A stretch of DNA of 54,566 nt from positions 1 to 54,566 of the forward strand of contig JAKAMI010000003.1 of NCBI GenBank assembly GCA_021812945.1. Direction: 5' to 3'. Source of the DNA: a bacterium. GTDB taxonomy: Bacteria; Patescibacteriota; UBA1384; XYA2-FULL-43-10; JAKAMI01. A program made the translations under genes and the position numbers. Of this stretch, positions 18,708 to 27,175 are shown piece by piece. Under the pieces are notes generated by a model that was given only the letters and a program-made list of their open reading frames with translations, searched no databases and was not told the origin of the DNA. Every line of letters starts with the position of its first letter. Positions within the stretch are counted from its first letter, which is position 1.

Positions 18708-18796
18708 TACTTCCTTTCACTATGTGATTAAGATGTTTTTTTGATTCATCTTGATTCTGCGCTTTGTTGGGGGATTTTCAAGAGGGATGACAATCG

Positions 18797-18930
18797 CCCC
18801 GCCGCTGGTTGTGTAATTGCGGGCTTGTATTTGAGCTCGGTCATCGAATTGCCGCAACCGCCATAAGTCCCGGGTCTCAAGCCCTGAGGCGGTGATAAGG
18901 CGGTTGATGGTCAACCGACACCGGAGTGTT
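18797..18930 (-). ncRNA. Candidate 6S-like structured RNA
   Basis: Own promoter TTGAAT-17-TATATT (18966-18938); 5' CUCCGGUGUCGGUUG pairs with 3' CAACCAGCGGCGGGG (13/15 incl. GU); inner stem GGGCUUG/CAAGCCC. Confidence 0.4.
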
Positions 18931-18983
18931 TAGTTAGAATATACGCTTAGTGAAAAGTAAATTCAACCAATGAATACGTATGA

Positions 18984-19019
18984 AAAAATCACACAAGAAA
19001 ACCATCTCGTGTGATTTTT
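18984..19019 (-). terminator. Intrinsic terminator after hup
   Basis: 11-bp stem AAAAATCACAC/GTGTGATTTTT followed by a U-run on the minus strand. Confidence 0.7.
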
Positions 19020-19037
19020 CATATGTATTGGTCGAAA

Positions 19038-19310
19038 TTATTTGATCTTGCTGCGGAAAGTCTTGGAAGGATGAAAGCGCGGCATCTTGACCGCTTTGAT
19101 TTTGATCTTTTCCCCGGTTCTGGGATTGACGCCGACTCGGTCTTTGCGATGGCCGATATCGAACGTTCCAAAGCCGGTCAAGGTGACTTTTTTGCCTTTG
19201 GCAATTTCATCGACGACCAGATTGAGCATCGAAGTGACACCGCTTTTGGACTCTTTTCTGGAAAGTCCGGTTTTTTTGGCGACTAAGTTGATCAGTTCGT
19301 TCTTATTCAT
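19038..19310 (-). CDS. hup: HU DNA-binding protein; start ATG 19310
   Basis: MNKNELI, VTLTGFGTF, RVGVNPRTGE, PRFHPSK. Confidence 0.95.
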   Translation of the reverse strand: MNKNELINLVAKKTGLSRKESKSGVTSMLNLVVDEIAKGKKVTLTGFGTFDIGHRKDRVGVNPRTGEKIKIKAVKMPRFHPSKTFRSKIK

Positions 19311-19328
19311 GTCTCTCACCTCCTCTCG

Positions 19329-19410
19329 TTTTCAAATTTCAAAACTCTAAATCCTAAACTCTAAGACGTAATTCAATATTCTACATTCTATATTCCAGGT
19401 TCGATATTCT
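19329..19410. repeat. Heptamer quasi-arrays between ymdB and hup
   Basis: ATTTCAA AACTCTA AATCCTA AACTCTA .. ATATTCT ACATTCT ATATTCC; second block matches the array at 9302-9329. Confidence 0.7.
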
Positions 19411-20185
19411 AACCAACTCTTTCGTTTACCAGCTTAACGGATTTTACCGTATTGTCAAGACCAGTCTCAATAATCACGGCATTAAAAATCACCTCGCCTC
19501 GGGGCACCTCGACGCGTATGGGCATCTGGGTCAAAAATCCTTCGACGATTAAGTTTTTATCAGCGCCGATGACCGAGTCCGATACCCCCACCATCCCGAC
19601 ATCGGAGATAAAAGCAGTTTTCTTGTCTGAGATTTGCAAATCGTTGGTCTGGACATGGGTGTGGGTACCGATAATAGCGGCAACTCGGCCGTCGAAATGC
19701 TTAAAGAGGGCGCATTTTTCACTGGTGGCTTCAGCGTGAAAATCGACGATAATGGTTTGATCCGGATGATCTTTGATAATATTTTCAAGCGTTTCAAAAG
19801 GACTTTTAAGGTTGGGTCCGATAAAAACCTGACCGAGCAGATTAACCAAAACGATTTTTCTGCCCAAGACCTCAATCTCGGCCAGGCCGCGGCCGGGTAC
19901 GGCATCCGGGTAGTTGGCCGGCCGGAGCACCTTGGTCTTCTTATCGGCTAGGACAGGGACAAAGTCCCGCTTATCCCAGATGTGGTTTCCGGAAGTGAAA
20001 TAGTCGATGCCGCCTTTGATCATCTCCAGATAATTTTTCTCAGTCATCCCGATTCCGGCGGACAGATTTTCGCCATTGGCCACAACTAGATCGATTTTTT
20101 CCTTCCTCACCAAATCGGGCAACAGTTTTTTAACTGCGTTCCTAGCCGGTCTGCCAAAAATGTCACCGATGAAAAGTAAGTTCAT
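19409..20185 (-). CDS. ymdB: YmdB/TIGR00282 metallophosphoesterase
   Basis: GDIFG, NGEN, SGNH, HAEATSEK, GTHTHVQT; near rny. Confidence 0.92.
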   Translation of the reverse strand: MNLLFIGDIFGRPARNAVKKLLPDLVRKEKIDLVVANGENLSAGIGMTEKNYLEMIKGGIDYFTSGNHIWDKRDFVPVLADKKTKVLRPANYPDAVPGRGLAEIEVLGRKIVLVNLLGQVFIGPNLKSPFETLENIIKDHPDQTIIVDFHAEATSEKCALFKHFDGRVAAIIGTHTHVQTNDLQISDKKTAFISDVGMVGVSDSVIGADKNLIVEGFLTQMPIRVEVPRGEVIFNAVIIETGLDNTVKSVKLVNERVG

Positions 20186-20190
20186 AATTT

Positions 20191-20225
20191 AGTTGAAAGT
20201 CTAAAGTTAAAAGTCGAAAGTCTGA
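20191..20225. repeat. Five-unit heptamer array downstream of the four-helix-bundle gene
   Basis: AGTTGAA AGTCTAA AGTTAAA AGTCGAA AGTCTGA. Confidence 0.85.
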
Positions 20226-20572
20226 GGCCGAATGCTTTTAATAAAACCAGACAAAATCTTTGATATCTCAATTGCTAATAACTGGATCTGATTAAAATTT
20301 TCTCGATCAATATATCCAAGCCTAAGAGCCAAAAAACTCATCGATCTAACCTCGCCACATGATCCTTTGGATATGTAGAGGAATTTTTTTAGTTCTTTGT
20401 CGGTTTGTCGCTCAAAACCCTCGGCAATGTTATTCATTATCGAGACACATGCGCGTTGCACTTGGTCCCTGAAACTGAAGTCTCTATTGTGCTTAAGCAG
20501 GGTGTATATGAGAATCGTAAGCTCTTGGGCTTTTTGCCAGGCGATAATATCTTCAAATTTTCGCATCGTCAT
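20207..20572 (-). CDS. Four-helix-bundle protein (23S rRNA IVS/TIGR02436-like)
   Basis: FEDIIAWQKA, DQVQRACVSIMNNIAEGFER, FLYISKGSCGEV. Confidence 0.93.
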   Translation of the reverse strand: MTMRKFEDIIAWQKAQELTILIYTLLKHNRDFSFRDQVQRACVSIMNNIAEGFERQTDKELKKFLYISKGSCGEVRSMSFLALRLGYIDRENFNQIQLLAIEISKILSGFIKSIRPQTFDF

Positions 20573-20583
20573 TATTCCCCCAG

Positions 20584-20618
20584 TTGGACTTTCAGCTTTA
20601 AGCTTTCAACTTTAGACT
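20584..20618. repeat. Five-unit heptamer array upstream of the four-helix-bundle gene, inverted relative to 20191-20225
   Basis: Reverse complement reads AGTCTAA AGTTGAA AGCTTAA AGCTGAA AGTCCAA. Confidence 0.85.
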
Positions 20619-22141
20619 CACTTGGCGTATTCGATTGCCCGGGTTTCGCGGATCACGTTGACCTTGATCTGGCCCGGGTACTGCATCTCATCCTCAATCC
20701 GTTTGGCGATCTCCTTGGACATCTTGGTCGCGGAGAGATCATCCACGTCTTCCGGTTTCACGATGATACGGATTTCCCGACCGGCCTGGATGGCGTAAGA
20801 TTTTTCAACTCCGGGAAAAGCGTTAGCGATTGTTTCGAGATCCTTGAGTCGCTTGATGTACGATTCCAATGTCTCGCGTCTGGCTCCCGGGCGAGCGCCG
20901 GAGATAGCGTCGGCTGTCTGAACGATGGCCGCCTCGGTAGTCTTGATCTCAACATCTTCGTGGTGGGCTTCAATAGCGTGGATTAGATCGGCTGGCAGAC
21001 CGAACTTTCGAGCAATGTCACCGGAAATGATAGCGTGGCTACCGGGCACATCTTGATCAATAGCTTTGCCCAAGTCGTGCAAAAGTCCGGCCTTTTTGGC
21101 TAGCGCCACGTCTGCGTGAAGCTCTTCGGCCAGCATCCCGGCGATAAATGAGGCTTCGATAGAGTGCTGAAGTTGGTTCTGGCCGTAGGAAGTTCGATAT
21201 TTTAAGCGTCCCAAAACCCGAAGGATCTCCGGAGGCAGGCCGGCAACGCCGACCTCGAAAGCGGCCATCTCGCCAGCTTTTTTGACCTCGACGGCCACCT
21301 CTTCCTTGGCCTTTTCGACCACTTCCTCGATTCGAGTCGGGTGAATCCGGCCATCGGCGACCAATTTGTCCATGGCAACTTTGGCGATCTGGCGCCTGAC
21401 CGGGTCGAAGGAGGAGAGGACAATAACGTCGGGAGTGTCGTCGATGATCACATCCACGCCGGTGGCTTTTTCAAAGGCCTGAATATTTCGGCCCTCGCGA
21501 CCGATGATTCGGCCTTTCATCTCGTCCGAAGGGATAGAGACTGAGGAAACGGTGTTTTCGACGGTGAAGTCTGGAGCCAAGCGCATCATAGCTGTGGCGA
21601 TAGTTTTGCTGGCGTGAGATTGAAGCTCGTCCTTAATGTTCTCCTCTTGCACCTTGATTTTCTTGACCAGCTCGTCTTTACTTTCCTTTTCCACCAAGTC
21701 CAAAAGAACCTTTTTGGCGTCGTCTTTGGACATTTTGGCGATACGCTCCAGGCTTTCTTCCTGTTTCTTGCGGATTTCTCTGAGACTGTTCTTGACCTCG
21801 GCAATAGAATCTTTTTCTTTGGCGATACCGATGCGGGATTTCTCAATGTCGTCCAAGCGGCGCTCAAGAGAATCCTCGCGCCGGCGCAGATTTTTTTCGA
21901 GCTCTACCAGATACTTTTGTCTCTCGGCTTCTTCTTTTTTGGCCGATTCCTTAATCCTTAGAGCCTCGTCTTTGGCTGAGAGGACGATCTCTTTTTCCTG
22001 CTTCTTGGCGCTCTCGACAATGTTTGAAGCTTTGTCTTGGGCGGCTTTAGCTTCCTTGCCGTCTATCAGGCGTTTGATAAATAAACCCAAAACACCACCG
22101 GCTAAGAGGCCGGCGACCGTCAGAATTAGATAAAGCAACAT
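20618..22141 (-). CDS. rny: Ribonuclease Y; probable start ATG 22141
   Basis: N-terminal TM, coiled coil, KH GRIIGREGRNI, HD LLHDLGK. Confidence 0.96.
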   Translation of the reverse strand: MLLYLILTVAGLLAGGVLGLFIKRLIDGKEAKAAQDKASNIVESAKKQEKEIVLSAKDEALRIKESAKKEEAERQKYLVELEKNLRRREDSLERRLDDIEKSRIGIAKEKDSIAEVKNSLREIRKKQEESLERIAKMSKDDAKKVLLDLVEKESKDELVKKIKVQEENIKDELQSHASKTIATAMMRLAPDFTVENTVSSVSIPSDEMKGRIIGREGRNIQAFEKATGVDVIIDDTPDVIVLSSFDPVRRQIAKVAMDKLVADGRIHPTRIEEVVEKAKEEVAVEVKKAGEMAAFEVGVAGLPPEILRVLGRLKYRTSYGQNQLQHSIEASFIAGMLAEELHADVALAKKAGLLHDLGKAIDQDVPGSHAIISGDIARKFGLPADLIHAIEAHHEDVEIKTTEAAIVQTADAISGARPGARRETLESYIKRLKDLETIANAFPGVEKSYAIQAGREIRIIVKPEDVDDLSATKMSKEIAKRIEDEMQYPGQIKVNVIRETRAIEYAK

Positions 22142-22384
22142 TTTCAATTCCTTTCAAAGTGTTCATTTCGCCCCAGTTATTGTCTCGAATTGGTTTCATC
22201 TCGGGCATAAATAACTTGGTAAATATTGGTAAATAATTGATAATCTACATCACATAGTAACTAATAATCCGGTTCTCGTCAAGAAAAGTCGGCTAAAAAA
22301 TGACGAAATGCGGAGGACTGCACCATAAGAATCACATCATCAGAATTGGACAAATGGGATGAAAAATGTTATGGTCACTGTATT

Positions 22385-23701
22385 ATGCAAAAAAGAACAG
22401 CCACGGTAGCCATTGTCGGGCGGCCAAATGTCGGCAAATCATCACTTTTTAATCGCTTGGTGGGGAAAAGAAGCGCCATTGAAGCCGACATCGCCGGAAC
22501 GACCCGCGATCGAGTTTGCGACTCGGTTTTTTGGAATAAGAAAAGTTTTGATCTAATAGACACGGCGGGCTTAGCGGATTTGAAAAATACCGGCAAAGAC
22601 GAACTGGTCGACCTAATTAAGGATGATGTGTTCGAAGCGATGGAATTGGCCGATCTGGTGCTGTTTATGACCGACTATACCGAATCTGCCACAGACTTGG
22701 ACAGACAAATTGCCGGACTTTTTAGGCGGGCCAAAAAACCGGTAATCATCGTTGTGAACAAGTGTGATAATCTCAAGCGACTTGAGGATATTGATAATCA
22801 TAAAAGGCTCGGTAACTGGCCGGTTGTTGGAGTTTCGGCCACGCTCAAAAAAAATCTGGGAGATCTACTGGATATAATTCTAAAAGAACTTAAAAAAATC
22901 GGCAACTTCGATTATACCGGCCAGAATCTAAATCGAGAGATCCCTAAAATGGCTATAGTCGGTCGTCCCAACGCCGGCAAATCGACACTATTCAATGCCT
23001 TATTCGGTGGTCAAAAAGCCATCGTTTCTAGCGTTCCGGGTACAACCAGAGACGCCAAACAGACGACTATCGGCCGGGGAAGTGAGCAGATGATCATCAC
23101 CGATACCGCCGGCGTGCAGAGGTCGAAAAAATCCGGACGCGGGGTCGAAAAATTCTCGCTTATCCGAACCGTCAAGGCGATTTTGGATTCGGATATTGTA
23201 GCTTTGATAGTAGATGCCACCGAAGGCATTACCGCGTTGGACAAGAAGCTGGCCGGGTATGCCAGCGATAACTGTCGCAGTCTACTCTTGGTCTTCAATA
23301 AGATTGATCTTTTAAAAACCGAGAACGAAAAAAACAATTTAATCAACCAAGCTCAAGTTGAATTTAATTATTTACCATACGTTCCTCTGATTTTCGTGTC
23401 TGCCGTGTCCGGCGAAAGTGTCAAAGTCACCATCAAACAAGCCTTTGAAGTACTAAATTCTCGAAAAACTCTTGTTTCCGAAGCCGAACTGGTCGAACTT
23501 CGAGACCTTTTGAATAAAAACTTGGGACAAATGCCTGAACTTAGGAGCATTTTACAGACCGGCTCAAACCCGCCTGAGTTCTCCCTGACCTTCAAGGGAC
23601 CAAAAAAGTGGCATTTCAGCCACACTCGCTTCATTGAAAATCGGCTACGAGACAACTTCGATTTCCGCGGCACTCCGATAGCTATTAAAATCAAAGATTG
23701 A
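22385..23701 (+). CDS. der: Ribosome biogenesis GTPase Der; probable start ATG 22385
   Basis: Two G domains (GRPNVGKS, GRPNAGKS), DTAG x2, C-terminal GTPI. Confidence 0.93.
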   Translation: MQKRTATVAIVGRPNVGKSSLFNRLVGKRSAIEADIAGTTRDRVCDSVFWNKKSFDLIDTAGLADLKNTGKDELVDLIKDDVFEAMELADLVLFMTDYTESATDLDRQIAGLFRRAKKPVIIVVNKCDNLKRLEDIDNHKRLGNWPVVGVSATLKKNLGDLLDIILKELKKIGNFDYTGQNLNREIPKMAIVGRPNAGKSTLFNALFGGQKAIVSSVPGTTRDAKQTTIGRGSEQMIITDTAGVQRSKKSGRGVEKFSLIRTVKAILDSDIVALIVDATEGITALDKKLAGYASDNCRSLLLVFNKIDLLKTENEKNNLINQAQVEFNYLPYVPLIFVSAVSGESVKVTIKQAFEVLNSRKTLVSEAELVELRDLLNKNLGQMPELRSILQTGSNPPEFSLTFKGPKKWHFSHTRFIENRLRDNFDFRGTPIAIKIKD

Positions 23702-23713
23702 TTTTAATAGTTA

Positions 23714-23803
23714 TCCCCTCGCGAAAATACAAACCAAACAAAAATACAAATAAAACGCCGCGCCTATTTACACTTTTGCTTAATTTGTAGATTTGCGAAG
23801 GGA
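23714..23803. repeat. 90-bp MITE-like unit with imperfect 20-bp terminal inverted repeats
   Basis: TCCCCTCGCGAAAATACAAA vs revcomp TCCCTTCGCAAATCTACAAA (16/20); right end identical over 22 nt to 31629-31650. Confidence 0.6.
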
Positions 23804-23807
23804 CAGG

Positions 23808-24437
23808 CTATTGTCCAAATGTCCAGTGTTTTACCAGACCGAATTGACTGAAAGGGTAGATATCCAGCCAGGCTCGCCCGATGATGTTATCGAGGGGCAA
23901 ATTGCCCCATTCTCGGGAGTCGGAAGAATGTTCTCTGTTGTCTCCCAAAACAAATAATTCATTTGCCCCGACTTCGAATTTATTGTTATCCCCGCTAACG
24001 GTCGTTTTAACATTGCCGGAAATGTAGGGTTCCTGCAAAAATATTCCGTCAGGGTGGGTGGTATTGATGATTTTTACTTTGTTATCCAGCATCTCGACGG
24101 TCTCGCCGGGAAGACCGATGACTCTTTTAATATAGTTTTCGTTAGCTTGTCCCGGAGGATGGAAAATGATTACGTCTCCGCGCCGCGGCAAGTGAAAATG
24201 GTAACCGATTTTCTCCACCAATAAATACTCGTTGTTGTGGAAATTGGCCTCCATGCTGCTACCGTCGACAATAAAAGGTTGGACTATAAAATATTTGATC
24301 CCGAAAGCGATTACCACCACCACGATGGCGGTTTTCAAAAGATCCCAGATAAATTCGAGAAAAGAAAAATGATCGTCGGATTTCTCCTCGATCTTGTTCA
24401 AATTATCACTCCAGTCACGGTTGTCTTTGTCGTTCAT
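23808..24437 (-). CDS. lepB: Signal peptidase I
   Basis: VDGSSM, YIKRVIGLPGE, GDNREHSSDSR. Confidence 0.95.
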   Translation of the reverse strand: MNDKDNRDWSDNLNKIEEKSDDHFSFLEFIWDLLKTAIVVVVIAFGIKYFIVQPFIVDGSSMEANFHNNEYLLVEKIGYHFHLPRRGDVIIFHPPGQANENYIKRVIGLPGETVEMLDNKVKIINTTHPDGIFLQEPYISGNVKTTVSGDNNKFEVGANELFVLGDNREHSSDSREWGNLPLDNIIGRAWLDIYPFSQFGLVKHWTFGQ

Positions 24438-24484
24438 TTAAACCTCGTATCAACCTATGCACGCTTGCAACCTAATCTTATATA

Positions 24485-24542
24485 GTCATCCCGTATAGTC
24501 TGGCACATAAAAGCCAAGATACTGAAACAAGTTCAGCATGAC
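24485..24542. repeat. GTCAT..ATGAC REP-like element
   Basis: GTCATCCC..GATACTGAAACAAGTTCAGCATGAC. Confidence 0.6.
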
Positions 24543-24617
24543 AGACTTGGAGAAATCATCACCATTTAAATTTTACCAAGGTTGACAGTTAGCGTCAACC
24601 TCAGCTAAACTTTAATT

Positions 24618-25334
24618 ATGCATCCGATATTATTTCATCTCGGCGATGTCAGTGTTTACTCGCACGGTTTTATGATTTTATCGGGAATCGTTTTGGCCGG
24701 GGTTACGGCTTATTTTCTAGCTAAGAGATCAGGTCTCCGGACGTCGAATCTCATCGACAATTTTACCTCCGCGGTTTTAGTCGGGATCATTTTTGCTCGA
24801 ATCACCTTTGACCTGGTTTACATTCGCCAGCTCAAAAGTTTTTGGGAGGCGTTTTACATCTGGCAAGGCGGCCTGATCTCCTGGGGCGGTTTTCTGGCCG
24901 GTTTTGTTGTGCTGGTGATTCTGATCAAGAAACAAAAAGAACCGCTTTGGCAATGGCTGGACGTTTTAGGGGTCTCGGCGCTCTTGGGCATTGGCGTCGG
25001 CCGGATCGGCTGTGTTTGGACCGGCGATATTGCCGGAAGATTAACCTCGAACTATCCCCATGGCTTTCCGGTGGCATTTTACGAATCGGTCTTCACTTCG
25101 CTCCTGTTTGTGGCCATTCTGGCCACCATATTTTTTCTGAAGAAAATTCCGGTCGGCTTTCGTTTTGTCTATGCCCTTCTCGGTTACTCGCTGATACGAT
25201 TGGTTATCGACGGCTACCGCGACCTTCCATTACTATTTATAGGCTTAAATAGCAGTCAAATCGCCGCCTTATCCGTGGTGGTTCTGGTTTCGGTAGTATT
25301 TTTGTTGAGAATTATTAATCGAACCAAGAAATGA
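24618..25334 (+). CDS. lgt: Prolipoprotein diacylglyceryl transferase
   Basis: MHPILFHLG, IWQGG..GG, GRIGC, FYES; operon with lspA. Confidence 0.85.
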   Translation: MHPILFHLGDVSVYSHGFMILSGIVLAGVTAYFLAKRSGLRTSNLIDNFTSAVLVGIIFARITFDLVYIRQLKSFWEAFYIWQGGLISWGGFLAGFVVLVILIKKQKEPLWQWLDVLGVSALLGIGVGRIGCVWTGDIAGRLTSNYPHGFPVAFYESVFTSLLFVAILATIFFLKKIPVGFRFVYALLGYSLIRLVIDGYRDLPLLFIGLNSSQIAALSVVVLVSVVFLLRIINRTKK

Positions 25335-25738
25335 TTTCGCAACAAAGAAATTATCTCATTTCGATAATTATTATTCTTGGGCTACTGCTGGCAGATCAGT
25401 TTATTAAGGTGAAGTCTATCTTGTCTTTTAACTATTTTCTAAATCAGAATACCTTCTTGGGCCTTTTCAAAAACAACTCGCTCGGGATAGTTTTGCTGGT
25501 GATTTTGATTCTCTTGGTGATATATCTGGCTCTAAAGCAACAAGATAAAATAATCATCTACTCGGTCATATTCGCCGGATTGGGCTCAAACTTGGTTGAT
25601 CGCGCTATCCATCACGGGGTCATAGACTACTGGATATTATTTCGATCTCTTTGGTTCAACTTGGCCGATCTGGCCATTGTTGTCGGCTTAGCTTTTCTGG
25701 TAAACAGTATTATCCAAACTAAAAAATCCGGCGGATGA
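25331..25738 (+). CDS. lspA: Lipoprotein signal peptidase II
   Basis: ADQFIK, GSNLVDR, GVIDY, FNLAD. Confidence 0.85.
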   Translation: MISQQRNYLISIIIILGLLLADQFIKVKSILSFNYFLNQNTFLGLFKNNSLGIVLLVILILLVIYLALKQQDKIIIYSVIFAGLGSNLVDRAIHHGVIDYWILFRSLWFNLADLAIVVGLAFLVNSIIQTKKSGG

Positions 25739-25787
25739 CCGGAATGATTTAGAATGAAGCCGGGAGATCAAGACCTCGTCTTCGTTT

Positions 25788-25882
25788 GTCATTCCCGCCT
25801 CTCGGTTTTACTCGAGATAAACTCCGGCGGGAATCTACTCTATCAATTATTAGTGGATTCGCACGCCTCAAGCGGGGATGAC
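25788..25882. repeat. GTCAT..ATGAC REP-like composite palindrome
   Basis: GTCATTCCCGC..GCGGGAATC..GGATTC..GCGGGGATGAC. Confidence 0.75.
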
Positions 25883-25896
25883 ATATTGTTTTGATT

Positions 25897-26238
25897 CTAT
25901 TTGACTTTCTCAACCACAGCCTTGAAGACTTCGGGCTCGTTTTGAGCTAGGCTGGCTAGAACTTTACGATCTATCTCAACTTTGGCAACTTTGAGTTTGT
26001 TGATCAGCAGGCTGTATTTTAAGCCCAAAAGACCTGCGCCGTTGTTGACGGTGGTGATAAAACCGGCTCGCATGACTCGTTTTTTGGCTCTTCGGTCGCG
26101 ATAACTGTAAACCCCGGCTTTAAGTGTAGCCTGCCTAGCCAGCTTGACGCTGGTTTTGCGGGTACCGCGATAACCCTTGGCGCGAGCCAAGAGTTTTTTA
26201 TGGCGATTTTTAGACGGGACTGAAGTTTTTACTCTCAT
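25897..26238 (-). CDS. rplT: 50S ribosomal protein L20
   Basis: MRVKT..AKGYRG..YSYRDRRAKKR..IDRKVLASLA. Confidence 0.96.
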   Translation of the reverse strand: MRVKTSVPSKNRHKKLLARAKGYRGTRKTSVKLARQATLKAGVYSYRDRRAKKRVMRAGFITTVNNGAGLLGLKYSLLINKLKVAKVEIDRKVLASLAQNEPEVFKAVVEKVK

Positions 26239-26283
26239 ATTCTATTTCTTATTACTTACTGCTTAATACTTACTTCTTGTTGC

Positions 26284-26469
26284 CTAGATTCCCGGGACCA
26301 ATCTCTTAATCTTTTTGGCATCCCGACTCGAAACGGTAAATCTTTTGCCGTCTCGATCGGATTTGTTAGTCAAAAGATGCCGGCTGGCGGCATGCTGTCC
26401 TTGAATCTTGCCGGTTCCGGTGACTTTGATCCTTTTGACGGTCGCTTTATGTGTTTTTAGTTTCGGCAT
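26284..26469 (-). CDS. rpmI: 50S ribosomal protein L35
   Basis: MPKLKTHKATVKRIKVTGTGK; between infC and rplT. Confidence 0.95.
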   Translation of the reverse strand: MPKLKTHKATVKRIKVTGTGKIQGQHAASRHLLTNKSDRDGKRFTVSSRDAKKIKRLVPGI

Positions 26470-26980
26470 TTTCTTTTACTTTCGGTTTGATAAGATTGGC
26501 TTCGATGCGATTACCTTGTTTTCTCGGGCTCGATTCGTATGCCATATGTGTTTTTTCGGCGAATTCTCTAAAAACTCCCAGAGCTCGATCGACAAAGATG
26601 TTTTCTCTGCCGACCAATCGCATATTGACCCGAACCAGATGACCTTTTTCGATGAATTCGATAGCTCTTTTAGCTTTGAAATCAAGATCGTGCTGGTCTA
26701 TGTTGGCAGATAACCGAATCTCTTTGAGTTCGGAAACCTTACTATTTTGATTGTTTTTCTTGGCCTGTTTGGCTTGATCGTATTTGAACTTGCCATAATC
26801 CATAATCCGGCAGACCGGCGGATTGTTATGCGGGGAAATCTCGACCAGATCCAAAGCCGCATTTTGAGCCAATTTCAACGCCTCAAAGGTCGCAATCTCT
26901 CCGATGCGGTCGCCGTTTTGATCGATAACCATTACCCTTGGGGCCCTGATTCGTTCATTGACCCGATAAAATTTTTCTAT
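26447..26980 (-). CDS. infC: Translation initiation factor IF-3, non-canonical ATA (or ATT 26983) start
   Basis: Frame extends upstream as (I)IEKFYRVNERIRAPRVMVIDQNG; AGGAG 5 nt before ATA; in-frame TGA at 26999-27001; DYGKFKY motif. Confidence 0.9.
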   Translation of the reverse strand: MEKFYRVNERIRAPRVMVIDQNGDRIGEIATFEALKLAQNAALDLVEISPHNNPPVCRIMDYGKFKYDQAKQAKKNNQNSKVSELKEIRLSANIDQHDLDFKAKRAIEFIEKGHLVRVNMRLVGRENIFVDRALGVFREFAEKTHMAYESSPRKQGNRIEANLIKPKVKENAETKNT

Positions 26981-27024
26981 AATTTCTCCTACTTGACATC
27001 AATGATGGGTATTTTTTCTTTATC

Positions 27025-27113
27025 GTCATTCCGGACCCCGTATCTAGTACGGGGCAGGCCAGATCGGGAATCCAGACGGATAACTCATGGATCCTTCGCA
27101 AGCTCAGGATGAC
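27025..27113. repeat. GTCAT..ATGAC REP-like element in the infC leader with nested palindrome
   Basis: GTCATTCCGGAC-CCCCGTA.TACGGGG..GATCGGGAATCC..GGATCC..GCTCAGGATGAC. Confidence 0.7.
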
Positions 27114-27175
27114 AATCACGCAACATCATATTTAACTTAAATCAGTATTAAAAATAGCAGATTTCCGAGTCCAAG

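Noticed and set aside
18720-18914. 64-aa ORF upstream of cas12a
   Set aside because: No SD or recognisable motif; overlaps the structured ncRNA candidate, which explains the sequence better
12850-20572. DGR or retron suggested by the Avd-like four-helix-bundle gene
   Set aside because: No reverse transcriptase and no TR/VR pair with A-specific mismatches seen in the window
22170-22250. Possible structured rny leader with TTGGTAAATA x2
   Set aside because: Pairing is weak and bulged; cannot support a named regulatory RNA
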